Positions 44,735 through 54,187 of a stretch of 64,000 bases of DNA are shown here, one piece after another. Each line of letters opens with the position of its first letter. The stretch's first letter is position 1. The notes below the pieces were generated by a model. It was not told the origin of the DNA, made no database searches, and saw only the letters and a program-made list of their open reading frames with translations. The position numbers were made by a program, and so were the translations under genes. The DNA is taken from assembly GCA_963840855.1 (NCBI GenBank), contig CAWJBB010000046.1:1-64000 (forward strand). The letters run 5' to 3'. This stretch comes from an uncultured delta proteobacterium. GTDB lineage: Bacteria; Desulfobacterota; Binatia; UBA9968.

Positions 44735-45958
44735 CTATCGCAGCCGTTTGGCGACAACCCTGAGCGCGCCGCTGTTGTTGCCGTAATGGGTCTTCAGATC
44801 GTTGGCAAAAGTGAATAGGTCGGCTTCTCTGGGCGCCGTGAATTCACAACCCGCGCCGATTCGGAAGAGATCCGTCTCCTCGTCATCCAACGCGCCAACG
44901 AGCTCGAACCAATTTGCCACGGGCAGGCGCCTCTCGTTTTCGAAGTGCTTGATCACTCCCTCTTTGTACCAAGGCAGCTGTTCGCTCGTCCATCCGTCCG
45001 CGCCGCAGCTGATGGTCGCGTCTTGCCACTTCTGGTTGTCGGGAACGTCGAAGCGGTAGGTGGCCCCTTTCTCCAAGCGGAGCCCCGACCAGTTATACCT
45101 GTCGGCTGCGCGGACCGGAAAGGTCGCGGCTTCGCCGATTGCCAGTTGCTTGCCCACTGCGGTCGGATGATAGAGATCCGTGGCATGCGCTGGACGGTGC
45201 GCGTTCCGCTGTATGTCCTTGTTATGAGAGATGCTTGCCAGAGGGTCACATTCGGCCGCCAGGAGGTTGATCTGCTCCGTCGTTACCGGCAAGCCGGAGA
45301 CCTGGGCCTGCTCCAACATCCAATGGAGCGCGATGTTGTTGCGCAGAAGATTTCCGTTACCGCCGCCGACGTCGCTGTGCACGCCCCGGAACCAGCGTTC
45401 CTCGATGCGAGGATTGGCGTTGCCGATATTGAGGCGAGTGGCGTGGAAGGTCTGGCGCCGCTCCTCAATCGCCATGGCGTGCGCGCAGCGCCGCACCGTG
45501 TCCGGTATGCGGTCGATCGTCCAGCCGAGGTTGACGTGCTGAAAATTGATGATGAGGTCGATGGGAATGCCGAAAGATCCGACGATGTCCCATAGCCCCA
45601 AAAAACGAATCTCCGGCGTTTCGGTGCTGCCGTTGGAAAGCTTCAAGCCTTGCATAGCCAGAATATTGGCGAAATGCGTCGCCAGAGCAGCGCCGCGGCT
45701 GAAGCCGACGATGTCGAAGACATGGTCACCGTTCTCCCAGTTCTTTCGTGCAGCATCGTACATTTCTTCGATACGCGAGCGACCGCCCGAGCCGAACACT
45801 CCTCCGAGGAGACGCCCGACCGTGCCGAAGCGGGTGCCGACGCCGCCGCGGTATTCCACTGGGCCTTCGTAAAGATCGCGGAACCGCACGACATTGGTTT
45901 CCTTTTCCGGTGCGTCTTCGTCTTCCTTCCAGGTTCCGTCGAATGCGTATAGCGCCAT
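44735..45958 (-). CDS. DUF2235 (Tle1-like) alpha/beta hydrolase with C-terminal beta-rich domain
   Basis: FDGTW, TNV, GVGT, GFSRGAA, FLGLWDIVGS, HAMAIEERR, WFRGVHSDVGGG. Confidence 0.88.
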   Translation of the reverse strand: MALYAFDGTWKEDEDAPEKETNVVRFRDLYEGPVEYRGGVGTRFGTVGRLLGGVFGSGGRSRIEEMYDAARKNWENGDHVFDIVGFSRGAALATHFANILAMQGLKLSNGSTETPEIRFLGLWDIVGSFGIPIDLIINFQHVNLGWTIDRIPDTVRRCAHAMAIEERRQTFHATRLNIGNANPRIEERWFRGVHSDVGGGNGNLLRNNIALHWMLEQAQVSGLPVTTEQINLLAAECDPLASISHNKDIQRNAHRPAHATDLYHPTAVGKQLAIGEAATFPVRAADRYNWSGLRLEKGATYRFDVPDNQKWQDATISCGADGWTSEQLPWYKEGVIKHFENERRLPVANWFELVGALDDEETDLFRIGAGCEFTAPREADLFTFANDLKTHYGNNSGALRVVAKRLR

Positions 45959-46108
45959 TGAGGTTCCCTCCTCTTCTGGGATTATGAAGCGACGCGGGCT
46001 GACTTCGGGCGAGTTCAGCGGTGCGCCTCAAGTGCCGCGGCCCCACAGACCGCAATAGCGCCTCAGGACGAAGGGCATTGCCGACTCGTAATTGGATCGC
46101 CACAGGCA

Positions 46109-46669
46109 TTAGGTTTCTCTGGCGCCCAATATTTTCAGTAACTCCAGCGCTTCACGGGCAGGCAGATAGCCGGGATCGATTTCTAGAGATTTTTTGAACT
46201 CTTCTCTGGCCTTCTCATACTGCTTTTTTTTGATATAGATCCTGCCCAGATTAAAATACGGAAACTGATAACAGCAATATCGCTTTGCGCGCTTGGCTTT
46301 CTCCAGGTAGGGAATCGCTTGATCTTCCTTGCCCTGCTCCATGAGATAAACGCCTATGTCATTGTAGGGGTTGCCATACTCGGGATCCGTGCGGATCGCT
46401 TTTTCGGCATACTCAATGGCGTGTTCGTAGACCCCCAAATGACCATAGGTCCAACCCAAAAAAGTGTACGCCTCCGCCGTGGGCCGAATCGCGAGGGACT
46501 TCATGTAGAATTGGATTGCCTCCGGATATAGACCGAGTTCGGTCAAGAGATAGCCCGCCGTGTAGAGTTCTTCGGCTTGTTTCGCCGGGTCGTCGGCCTG
46601 GGAAGCGCACAGGTTTTCTCGCGGCACGAAAGCAAGTAGTGCGAGAAGGCAAAGGGCGGGCTTTTTCAC
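46109..46669 (-). CDS. tetratricopeptide repeat protein
   Basis: Signal-like N-terminus; TPR repeats AEAYTFLGW, GNPYNDIG, PYFNLG. Confidence 0.85.
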   Translation of the reverse strand: MKKPALCLLALLAFVPRENLCASQADDPAKQAEELYTAGYLLTELGLYPEAIQFYMKSLAIRPTAEAYTFLGWTYGHLGVYEHAIEYAEKAIRTDPEYGNPYNDIGVYLMEQGKEDQAIPYLEKAKRAKRYCCYQFPYFNLGRIYIKKKQYEKAREEFKKSLEIDPGYLPAREALELLKILGARET

Positions 46670-46693
46670 GAAAGACCTTTATTTGAATCGCTC

Positions 46694-47815
46694 TCACTGG
46701 GGCCGGGCTTTGCCGGCCAGGGCGTCATCGATTATTTTTACCGCCGGCTTTACGTCCATGAATTCCGGGCCCTCGACAAAAAAGTACTTTCTCCCGGCTG
46801 TGCGCCGCTGCCCCGCGGGAACTTTATCCTTGGGTATGTCGATGCGGAGCGAATCACGGTCACCATGGCTTTCCTGATAGACGATCTGGCCCCGGCGCGA
46901 AAGAAACCAGTTGATAAAAACCTTGGCCGCGTTGGGATGGGGCGCCTTATTGACAACGGTGATGGCGCTGGCGCTTCCTCTCAGACGCGGCATCTCCTTA
47001 AGGTCATTGTGGTTGATGAAATCGACGGGAAGTCCCTGGGATTTGGCCTTGGTTGCAAATCCGTCTCGGCAAAACGTGCACAGAGCCACTTTTCCCACTC
47101 CCACCCAGTCGAGGGCCTGCTGGTGCTCCCGGCTGAGGACGACATCCATCTCGCCGAAAAGCCGCCGAATGAATTCCGCGCCCAACTCTGGATGATAATA
47201 GAGATAGCGCAGTTCGCTTGCGCCAAAGCCTGGATCGCGCGCGTCCAGGCTGACAATTTTCCCTTTCCACTTGGGATGAAAGAGATCCCAATACGACTTG
47301 AACTCGTCGGCCTTGGCGAGCTTCGTATTGTACGTGACCGTAAAACCCGAAACGCTCCCTTCATTGACAAAGATGTACCTGCGCTCGGACTCAATATAAA
47401 CGTGCTTCCCTTCCCACCAGAGCGAAGGATCCACGACTTCCGGAAGGACTAAGAGGGGAGCTAAGGGATCAAACAGCCTGTTCTGGTAAAATTCGTAAAG
47501 GGAAGTGGGACCGCCGAGATAAACGTCGGCGAGATACTTTCCCGCCCTGCGCTCGGAAAGAAGCCGGGGAGAGATCCGGGAACTATTGCCGTGAACGATC
47601 GTGGCTTTGATCTCAGTATGATCCTTCTGAAACTCGGTGAAGATCTGCGGATGGTATGGTCCCAGAGCAGCGTAGATGACGATCTGTCCTTCCTGCTTGG
47701 CCGCCTGGACCGTTTTCTCCCATTCCAGTTGCCAGGACGCTTTTTCGGCCGCGGCGGTTTTTTCCGTCCAGCCAACAAAGAGAGCAAGAGAAAGCGCGGC
47801 GAGGACGATGCACAT
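46694..47815 (-). CDS. ABC transporter extracellular solute-binding protein
   Basis: WEKTVQAAKQEGQI, DLFHPKWKGKI, APHPNAAKVFINWFLSRRGQ. Confidence 0.88.
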   Translation of the reverse strand: MCIVLAALSLALFVGWTEKTAAAEKASWQLEWEKTVQAAKQEGQIVIYAALGPYHPQIFTEFQKDHTEIKATIVHGNSSRISPRLLSERRAGKYLADVYLGGPTSLYEFYQNRLFDPLAPLLVLPEVVDPSLWWEGKHVYIESERRYIFVNEGSVSGFTVTYNTKLAKADEFKSYWDLFHPKWKGKIVSLDARDPGFGASELRYLYYHPELGAEFIRRLFGEMDVVLSREHQQALDWVGVGKVALCTFCRDGFATKAKSQGLPVDFINHNDLKEMPRLRGSASAITVVNKAPHPNAAKVFINWFLSRRGQIVYQESHGDRDSLRIDIPKDKVPAGQRRTAGRKYFFVEGPEFMDVKPAVKIIDDALAGKARPQ

Positions 47816-47850
47816 GGTTCTCTTCGTAGAACCTCCCTGGCCAGCACAAC

Positions 47851-49173
47851 TTACGCGAAAACGAGATTGCCTTCTTTGTCCCTAATCAGTCCTCTACCCC
47901 CGGTGGAAGAAGGCATATTCTCCGGGCCGATCTTGAGATCGCTGACCTTAACATGGCCATGGTAGGTGTCGACCTCAAGCATTTCTTTAACTTGACGTAA
48001 CACTCCTTTTGGGTCTTTGCCGTTAGCGACGTCTTCCATCGCTTTGTGCCAGATTCGCCGCATCATGATGACACCGCGATCGGAGGTGGCGAGATGTTCG
48101 AGCCGACGATCCGGGATTTCTCCCTGAGATTCTTGCAACACCAGATCTTCGAGCGCGGGGACGCCTTCCCAGGCGGAGTACCGGCGCTTGTCGTGCGCCT
48201 TTTTCTCAACCGTTCCTTGAAGGTTGGCCGGCAAACCAAACATCCAGGCGCCTCGATAATTTCCTTTGCGCCACAGATTGTAGCGTATGAGCTCGAAGTG
48301 CGTGTCGTCGATGATGCGAATCATGCCGCCGCCTTCCTGGCGTTCATCGGTGAAATCGGGCGGAAAGCCGGATCGTATACCGGAAAAACGCCAGTGAATC
48401 GGCATGGCGAGGCTCCAGGTGTTGACGAATTTGACGTTTGGGTCGCCGGTGTCGAGCACGGACACGGTCTTCATTCCGAAGTCCGTCTCCACATGTTCCA
48501 GCGGCAGCGGCGACCAGTTTTTGATGCTGCAATCGGTATATGGTTTGAGTTCTTGCGGTAACTCCCGAACCACCAGGCCATGGAGAATGACGGCGTGTCC
48601 CATATCGGCAAAATTTTCCATCCAGTTGAGATAGTTATAGTTGCGGAAATCGCCGTCGACGAGCTTTACTTCTCCGTCGGTGCGGGCGAGGACATCGATC
48701 TTGGGTAGGGGAGGTGGGTTATCTTTCTCCGGCCCCATATAGGTCCAGACGACTCCACCCCATTCTTCAACGGGATACCAGAGATGACGGATATTTTGTT
48801 TGAGCGTGCTGTCACAGGGCTCTAAAGGTGTGTCGATGCAGCGGCCTTTCACGTCGTATCTCCAGCCGTGGTAGGAGCACATGAGGCCGTCATCCCGCAC
48901 CTGGCCGTACTCTAACGACGCGAGCCGGTGCGAACAGTGAATGCCCAATAGTCCAGGCCGTCCCTTGCCGTCACGGAAGACCACTAAATCTTCGCACAAC
49001 ATCCGCACGGCAATGGGAATATCTTTGAGATTTTCCGATAGACAGACCGGGTGCCAGTAGCGGCGCAGCATTTCTCCCGCTCTGGTTCCCGGTCCGGTGC
49101 GCGGCAAATCGTCGAGCAATTTTTGCAATCCGCTGGGTGTTGACACTGGGCTTTTCAATTCGGTTACGGACAT
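47851..49173 (-). CDS. Rieske non-heme iron oxygenase alpha subunit (phthalate 4,5-dioxygenase-like)
   Basis: TGPGT.AGEMLRRYWHP, CSHR...CSYHGW, ENFADMGH...LH, QESQG, EHLATSDRG. Confidence 0.9.
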   Translation of the reverse strand: MSVTELKSPVSTPSGLQKLLDDLPRTGPGTRAGEMLRRYWHPVCLSENLKDIPIAVRMLCEDLVVFRDGKGRPGLLGIHCSHRLASLEYGQVRDDGLMCSYHGWRYDVKGRCIDTPLEPCDSTLKQNIRHLWYPVEEWGGVVWTYMGPEKDNPPPLPKIDVLARTDGEVKLVDGDFRNYNYLNWMENFADMGHAVILHGLVVRELPQELKPYTDCSIKNWSPLPLEHVETDFGMKTVSVLDTGDPNVKFVNTWSLAMPIHWRFSGIRSGFPPDFTDERQEGGGMIRIIDDTHFELIRYNLWRKGNYRGAWMFGLPANLQGTVEKKAHDKRRYSAWEGVPALEDLVLQESQGEIPDRRLEHLATSDRGVIMMRRIWHKAMEDVANGKDPKGVLRQVKEMLEVDTYHGHVKVSDLKIGPENMPSSTGGRGLIRDKEGNLVFA

Positions 49174-49393
49174 ATATTAGTCCTTTGTCCGGTTGTTTTG
49201 GTTTTTGCGAAAATCTAACGAACCTCTTGAGTGCCGTTTTCCCGGCGCGTGACACCGGTTGCCCAAGTATCACGTCATCTGTTATTCAAGATACCGGCTG
49301 CGGCTATACCAACCTAGTTAGCCGATGCCCATGTGCTTGTCAATTTTGAAACGCCAATACTCCGTCACTCCGTTCACGCTTTTGGAGGGTGTC

Positions 49394-49758
49394 ATGGCTA
49401 AACATGGTTTAAAGGCTTTCGACAGCGATATGCATGTCTATGACGCGGCCGATCTATACGACAAGTACATGAACCCCAAATGGTGGCCATCGCATTCCCA
49501 GAGGGCCAACGCAACGGCAAACATGGCCGGGTGAGAGTTCTCACACTGGCGGCATCTCAAAAGATCCGGACGAGCATCGTGAGCGATGTCATCAAATGCA
49601 TGGGCGACGATACAATTCGCATCGCTATCGACTATCCTGGTATCGACGCGCACTTTACTGATGCATTGGATGAGTTTCTCGAAACCGATGGACTTGACGA
49701 AGGCTTGGACGTCGCAGAATCGTCTGGGACAATTCCGCACCTATGCGGTTGCGATTGA
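49394..49758 (+). pseudogene. internally deleted amidohydrolase remnant
   Basis: MAKHGLKAFDSDMHV N-terminus joined, with frameshifts, to a C-terminal DVIKCMGDD...IDYP.ID segment. Confidence 0.7.
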
Positions 49759-49959
49759 ACGAAACTATTTGACCACAAAGTACGCGAGTGAGCTTATTCA
49801 AGGAGTGCAAGCCGCTCGAATCGTTCAAGCCGTCCGAGCCAATGGGTGGCGTTGATCACGTTGCACGACTGAACGATCTTGACGTTTGGTACATAGTTCG
49901 GCGCTGAAGCTGAACTCGTGGTGCGTCCCGCTGTTTTGCGCCCTTTGTCCGCTTAGATT

Positions 49960-50202
49960 CCGAAAACGAGCGACTATTTTCTCAAGCAATGCTTTATCTC
50001 CATGGATCCGGACGAGCAGCTTGTGAGCGATGTCATCAAACGCATCGGCGACGACAATATACTTATCTCTACGGACTATCCCCATATCGACGCCCATTTT
50101 CCTCATGCATTGGATGAGTTTTTCGAGATCGAGGGATTGAGCGCAAATAGCCGGCGGAAGATCCTGTGGGACAACTGCGCGCGCTTGTACGACGTCCTGT
50201 AG
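49960..50202 (+). pseudogene. C-terminal fragment of an amidohydrolase
   Basis: DPDEQLVSDVIKRIGDDNILISTDYPHID...RRKILWDNCARLY with no N-terminus. Confidence 0.75.
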
Positions 50203-50225
50203 GGGCAGGCATGCCGTGCCCCTAC
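50199..50225. repeat. GTAG-type REP hairpin
   Basis: gtaggggc-aggcatgccgt-gcccctac. Confidence 0.65.
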
Positions 50226-50241
50226 GTCGATGGAGGCATAA

Positions 50242-51495
50242 ATGCTGTTATCCGAAGAAGAACTAGAGCGGATGCAGACACGGTTTCCGTATCCGCGCTT
50301 TTCCCAGGCCGAGTACCGGCGGCGTTACGAAAACATCCGCAAGATGATGCGCGAGATGAACCTCGATTGCCTGCTGATCATCGGCGGGTCGGCGGCCTAT
50401 GGCCGGCTCTGGTTCAATCTCCGCTACGTCACCAACGTGATGGGGAAAGCGGAAATGGCGACTTATTGTCTCTTTCCGAAGGAGGGCGATCCGGCCGTGG
50501 TTACACGGCCGGGCCATTCGCTAGCCGGCGCCATGCTCGCCAGAACCGTCGTGCGCAATATTATCGTCGGCCAACCAAGCGTGCTGGATGCCATCGTCAA
50601 TGAGATCAAAGAGCGCGCTTACGACAACGGCAGAGTCGGTGTCGTCGAGTACGATCCCTACACGTCGATCCCGAAGAATCACTGGGATTTTTTTACCGCC
50701 AACCTACCCCGGGCCGAATTTGTTTTTGTCACGAAAGAGTTCATCGCCATGCGGCTACTAAAAAGCGCCGAGGAAATTCAATTCCTCGAACGCTCCGCCG
50801 AGCTCGGCGACGTTGGCATTCGCGCGATGCAAAATCGGGTCAAACCCGGCATGACCGAAAGCGAAGTGTTCGGCATCGTCCATGAAGCCGTCATGCGCGA
50901 GGGCGGCGAGATGGGCATGATCCAACTCGGTTCCTGTCCGATGCTCGACCCGGATATCAACGACCAGCGCCCCCGGCCCGTCGATCGGATCATCGGCGAC
51001 CGCGACCTCATCAACAACGAGTTGGGCATTTTCTACAACGGCTACGAAGCCCAGTGTGGCAAACCGGTCATGACCGGCGAGCCGACGGCGGAATACAAAG
51101 AGATGTTCGACCTCGCGATGGAAGGGTACAAGCGGCTCGTGCCGACGATGTACGCGGGTAAAAGCAGCGCCGAGTCCGCCGAAGCCATGAAATTTATTCA
51201 CGACACCGAGTATGAGTTTTACGGCGGTTTTCTGCAGGGCATGCTCGGCGCCAATCCGCGCCATGAGCCGCAGATCGGCTTCGACCGCGTTCAGAGCAGC
51301 GAAGATCGATTCCTCTATGGCCCCGACGGCCGCCTGGTCTATCAGGTCGGCCATGTTTTCACGTTGCAGATGCATATCGTCGATAGGAGCCATACCCGCG
51401 GCCTGTTTGTCGGCGATTTCTTCGCCATCGAAGAAAACGGCCCGCGCTGCTTGAACAAGTTTCCGCCGCAGATAGTCCGGACTGCCCGGCACTAA
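50242..51495 (+). CDS. M24 family (Xaa-Pro peptidase/creatinase-like) protein
   Basis: FSQAEYRRRY, NLRYVTN, MRLLKSAEEI, VKPGMTESE; metal ligands look atypical. Confidence 0.8.
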   Translation: MLLSEEELERMQTRFPYPRFSQAEYRRRYENIRKMMREMNLDCLLIIGGSAAYGRLWFNLRYVTNVMGKAEMATYCLFPKEGDPAVVTRPGHSLAGAMLARTVVRNIIVGQPSVLDAIVNEIKERAYDNGRVGVVEYDPYTSIPKNHWDFFTANLPRAEFVFVTKEFIAMRLLKSAEEIQFLERSAELGDVGIRAMQNRVKPGMTESEVFGIVHEAVMREGGEMGMIQLGSCPMLDPDINDQRPRPVDRIIGDRDLINNELGIFYNGYEAQCGKPVMTGEPTAEYKEMFDLAMEGYKRLVPTMYAGKSSAESAEAMKFIHDTEYEFYGGFLQGMLGANPRHEPQIGFDRVQSSEDRFLYGPDGRLVYQVGHVFTLQMHIVDRSHTRGLFVGDFFAIEENGPRCLNKFPPQIVRTARH

Positions 51496-51608
51496 ACTCA
51501 GATCACGTTATTTAAAGCGTTCCAGCCGTTCCCATCATTCAAGGCATCGAAGAACCTGGGATTCCGCGGCTTCAATAATCGGAAAAGCATCCGGCTTCGG
51601 CGTCCCGT

Positions 51609-51647
51609 GATTCGGTAAATTTGTAATAATTTGTAAGTATTTTGGAT
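51609..51647. promoter_or_regulatory. 10-bp-period direct repeats, candidate operator
   Basis: aatttgtaat aatttgtaag tattttggat directly upstream of the HTH-PBP regulator. Confidence 0.45.
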
Positions 51648-51679
51648 TTTTTCCACAACAATATGGTATGGCTAGAACC

Positions 51680-52595
51680 ATGGCGCAAACGATCCCGGAG
51701 TTAATGAACACCCGGCAGGTGGCCGGCTATCTGGGGATTAATGAGAAAAAAATTTATGCGTTGGCCAAGGCCGGCAAGATCCCTTGCACCCGGGTGACTG
51801 GCAAATGGACGTTTCCCGCGTAAGCTGATCGACGCGTGGATCGAACAGAGTGCCGTCCGGCCGGAGCGAGGTGAGATGCGGCCGGAGCCGCGGCCGCTTC
51901 TGCTCGCCGCGGGAAGCGACGATCCAAGCCTGTCGGTTTTGCGCGAGCTATTTGAACAACGGACAAAGCCCGCCTCCCTTTTCTTGAATACCGTCGGCAG
52001 CAGTGCGGGGCTTGCGGCGCTCCGTAATGGCGTTGCCGATTTCGCCACTGCCCATCTTTTTGATCCCAAAAGTGGTGAATACAATCTGCCATTCGTCAAG
52101 GATCTAGTCGGTGATAGAACGGTGGTCGTGCAGCTTTTTTACCGGCAACTGGGTCTCGTCGTGGCTCGGGGTAATCCGCTGAAGTTATGTGCGATCGGCG
52201 ATCTGGCGCGCCCCAAAGTGCGCTTGATCAATCGTCAAGCCGGTTCCGGCACGCGGCTCTACCTCGACCAGGCGCTGTCCCGCCTGAAAATCGACGCGCA
52301 CAATCTAAACGGTTACGAAACTTCTGTTTCGACGCACCTTGACGTGGCCATGAGGGTTCTGCGCGGCGAGGCCGATGCCGGGCTGGCGACCTTGGCGAGC
52401 GCACGCATGTTAGGGCTCGACTTTGTGCCGCTGACGCGCGAGCGCTTTGACGCGGTGATAGCCAGGGAGCGTTTCTTCTCGCCGGGGATACAGACGCTAT
52501 TGAGTATCGTCGGCTCCAGCGAATTTCGCTGTCGCCTCGCAGCAATGGGCGGGTACGACGGCGCGGAGTCCGGACGGATTATCTACACACGTTAG
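51680..52595 (+). CDS. excisionase-type HTH + molybdate/tungstate PBP-domain regulator, +1 frameshift at about 51816
   Basis: MAQTIPELMNTRQVAGYLGINEKKIYALAKAGKIPCTRVTGKWTF; removing one C gives PRKLIDAWIEQ in frame with the PBP part (GSSAGL, INRQAGSGTR, ADAGL). Confidence 0.8.
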
Positions 52596-52614
52596 ACAGC
52601 GGGTAAAGGAGGCT

Positions 52615-53472
52615 GTGATGCTAATGCAGGGACGGTCAATTGGCCTGTTCGTATTCTTGCTTGGATTGCTGCTCGGTGTCCCGAGCCGAAGCGCCGAGAC
52701 ACAAAGCCGCAACGTCATCCTGTCGACGACAACGAGCACGCAGGATTCCGGCTTGCTCGACCTGCTAGTGCCGGTGTTCGAAAAACAGAGCGGCTACAGC
52801 GTGAAGACGGTTTCCGTCGGCACCGGTCAGGCGCTGGCGCTGGCGGCCAAAGGCGATGCCGACGTGGCTCTGGTTCACGCCCCCAGCCTGGAAAAGAAAT
52901 ATGTCGCCGGCGGCCAACTGCAAAACCGTCGCCTGGTGATGTACAACGATTTCGTCATTATTGGGCCGAAAGACGATCCGGCCAAGATACGTACGGTCAA
53001 ATCCACGCTGGCGGCATTGAAAGCGATAGAGCAAGCCAAGGCCGCGTTTGTCTCCCGCGGCGATAACTCCGGGACCCATACTCTTGAAAAAGCCCTCTGG
53101 AAAGAGGCGGGTATCCAACCCATTGGCCCGTGGTACATCGAATCGGGGCAGGGCATGGGCGCGACTCTGAATATTGCGAACGAACGTAATGCTTACACGA
53201 TCACGGATCGCGGCACTTATCTGGCGCTGGGCAAGCGCGTGACTCTGCCGATTCTCGTTGAAGGGGATCGCGCATTGCTGAACATTTATTCCGTCATGGA
53301 AGTGAATCCCGCCAACGGGCCGCGCGTGAACGCCGCCGGGGGCAAGGCGTTCGCGGATTTTCTGGTGTCGCCGCAAGCGCAAAATTTGATCAAGAACTTC
53401 GGCGTCGAAAAGTTCGGCCAGCCATTGTTTGTGCCCGTTGCCCACAAGCGAGAAGAAGAATTGGGGGTATGA
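52615..53472 (+). CDS. tupA: tungstate ABC transporter substrate-binding protein
   Basis: STTTSTQDSGLL, GTGQAL, FVSRGDNSGTH, GQGMG. Confidence 0.92.
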   Translation: MMLMQGRSIGLFVFLLGLLLGVPSRSAETQSRNVILSTTTSTQDSGLLDLLVPVFEKQSGYSVKTVSVGTGQALALAAKGDADVALVHAPSLEKKYVAGGQLQNRRLVMYNDFVIIGPKDDPAKIRTVKSTLAALKAIEQAKAAFVSRGDNSGTHTLEKALWKEAGIQPIGPWYIESGQGMGATLNIANERNAYTITDRGTYLALGKRVTLPILVEGDRALLNIYSVMEVNPANGPRVNAAGGKAFADFLVSPQAQNLIKNFGVEKFGQPLFVPVAHKREEELGV

Positions 53473-53473
53473 C

Positions 53474-54187
53474 ATGGAGCTGATCTGGCAGGGCGCCGTC
53501 AAGGCTGCCGAGCTCGTCTTGGGTTTCGATGCCGAGGTGTGGTCTATCACCTGGCGCTCGCTACAGGTCTCCGGCTATGCGACGCTACTTTCGCTCTTGC
53601 TCGGTATTCCGTTCGGCATCGCTCTCGCGCTTGCGGGATTTCCCGGGCGCAGCGCGGCGGTTGCCTTGATCAATACCGGCATGGGCCTGCCGCCTGTGGT
53701 GGTGGGTCTGTTCGTGTCGATTTTCCTCTGGCGCAGCGGGCCTATCGGCTTCATGGAGTTGATTTACACACCCACTGCGATGGTCGTCGCCCAGGTGATC
53801 ATCGCTTTTCCCATCGTCGCCGGTTTAACGATGGCGAGTTTTCAAGCCCTCGATCCCAAGCTCGCCTTGCAATTGCTCGGCATCGGCGCATCGAAGACTC
53901 AGTTGCTGTGGTTGTTGTGCAAAGAGGCGAAGTTACCGATGCTGGCGGCGGTTATGGCCGGCTTTGGCGGGGTCATCTCGGAGGTCGGCGCCTCGATGAT
54001 GGTGGGCGGCAACATCCGCGGCCAGACCCGCGTTCTTACCACCGCCACGGTGCTGGAAACCGGCAAAGGCAACTTCGATATCGCCATCGCGCTGGGGTTG
54101 ATCCTGCTGGCGCTGACCTTCGCCATAAACTTTCTTCTCACCCGTATTCAGCAGCGGGAGCAACTGCGGTGGCCGCGACTCTCCTGA
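53474..54187 (+). CDS. tupB: tungstate ABC transporter permease
   Basis: NTGMGLPPVVVGL, ISEVGASMMVGGNI.GQTRVLTTA. Confidence 0.92.
   Translation: MELIWQGAVKAAELVLGFDAEVWSITWRSLQVSGYATLLSLLLGIPFGIALALAGFPGRSAAVALINTGMGLPPVVVGLFVSIFLWRSGPIGFMELIYTPTAMVVAQVIIAFPIVAGLTMASFQALDPKLALQLLGIGASKTQLLWLLCKEAKLPMLAAVMAGFGGVISEVGASMMVGGNIRGQTRVLTTATVLETGKGNFDIAIALGLILLALTFAINFLLTRIQQREQLRWPRLS

Noticed and set aside
53539-54168. N-terminal extension of the 569-aa ABC ATPase ORF
   Set aside because: Overlaps tupB in another frame; the likely tupC start is GTG at 54169.
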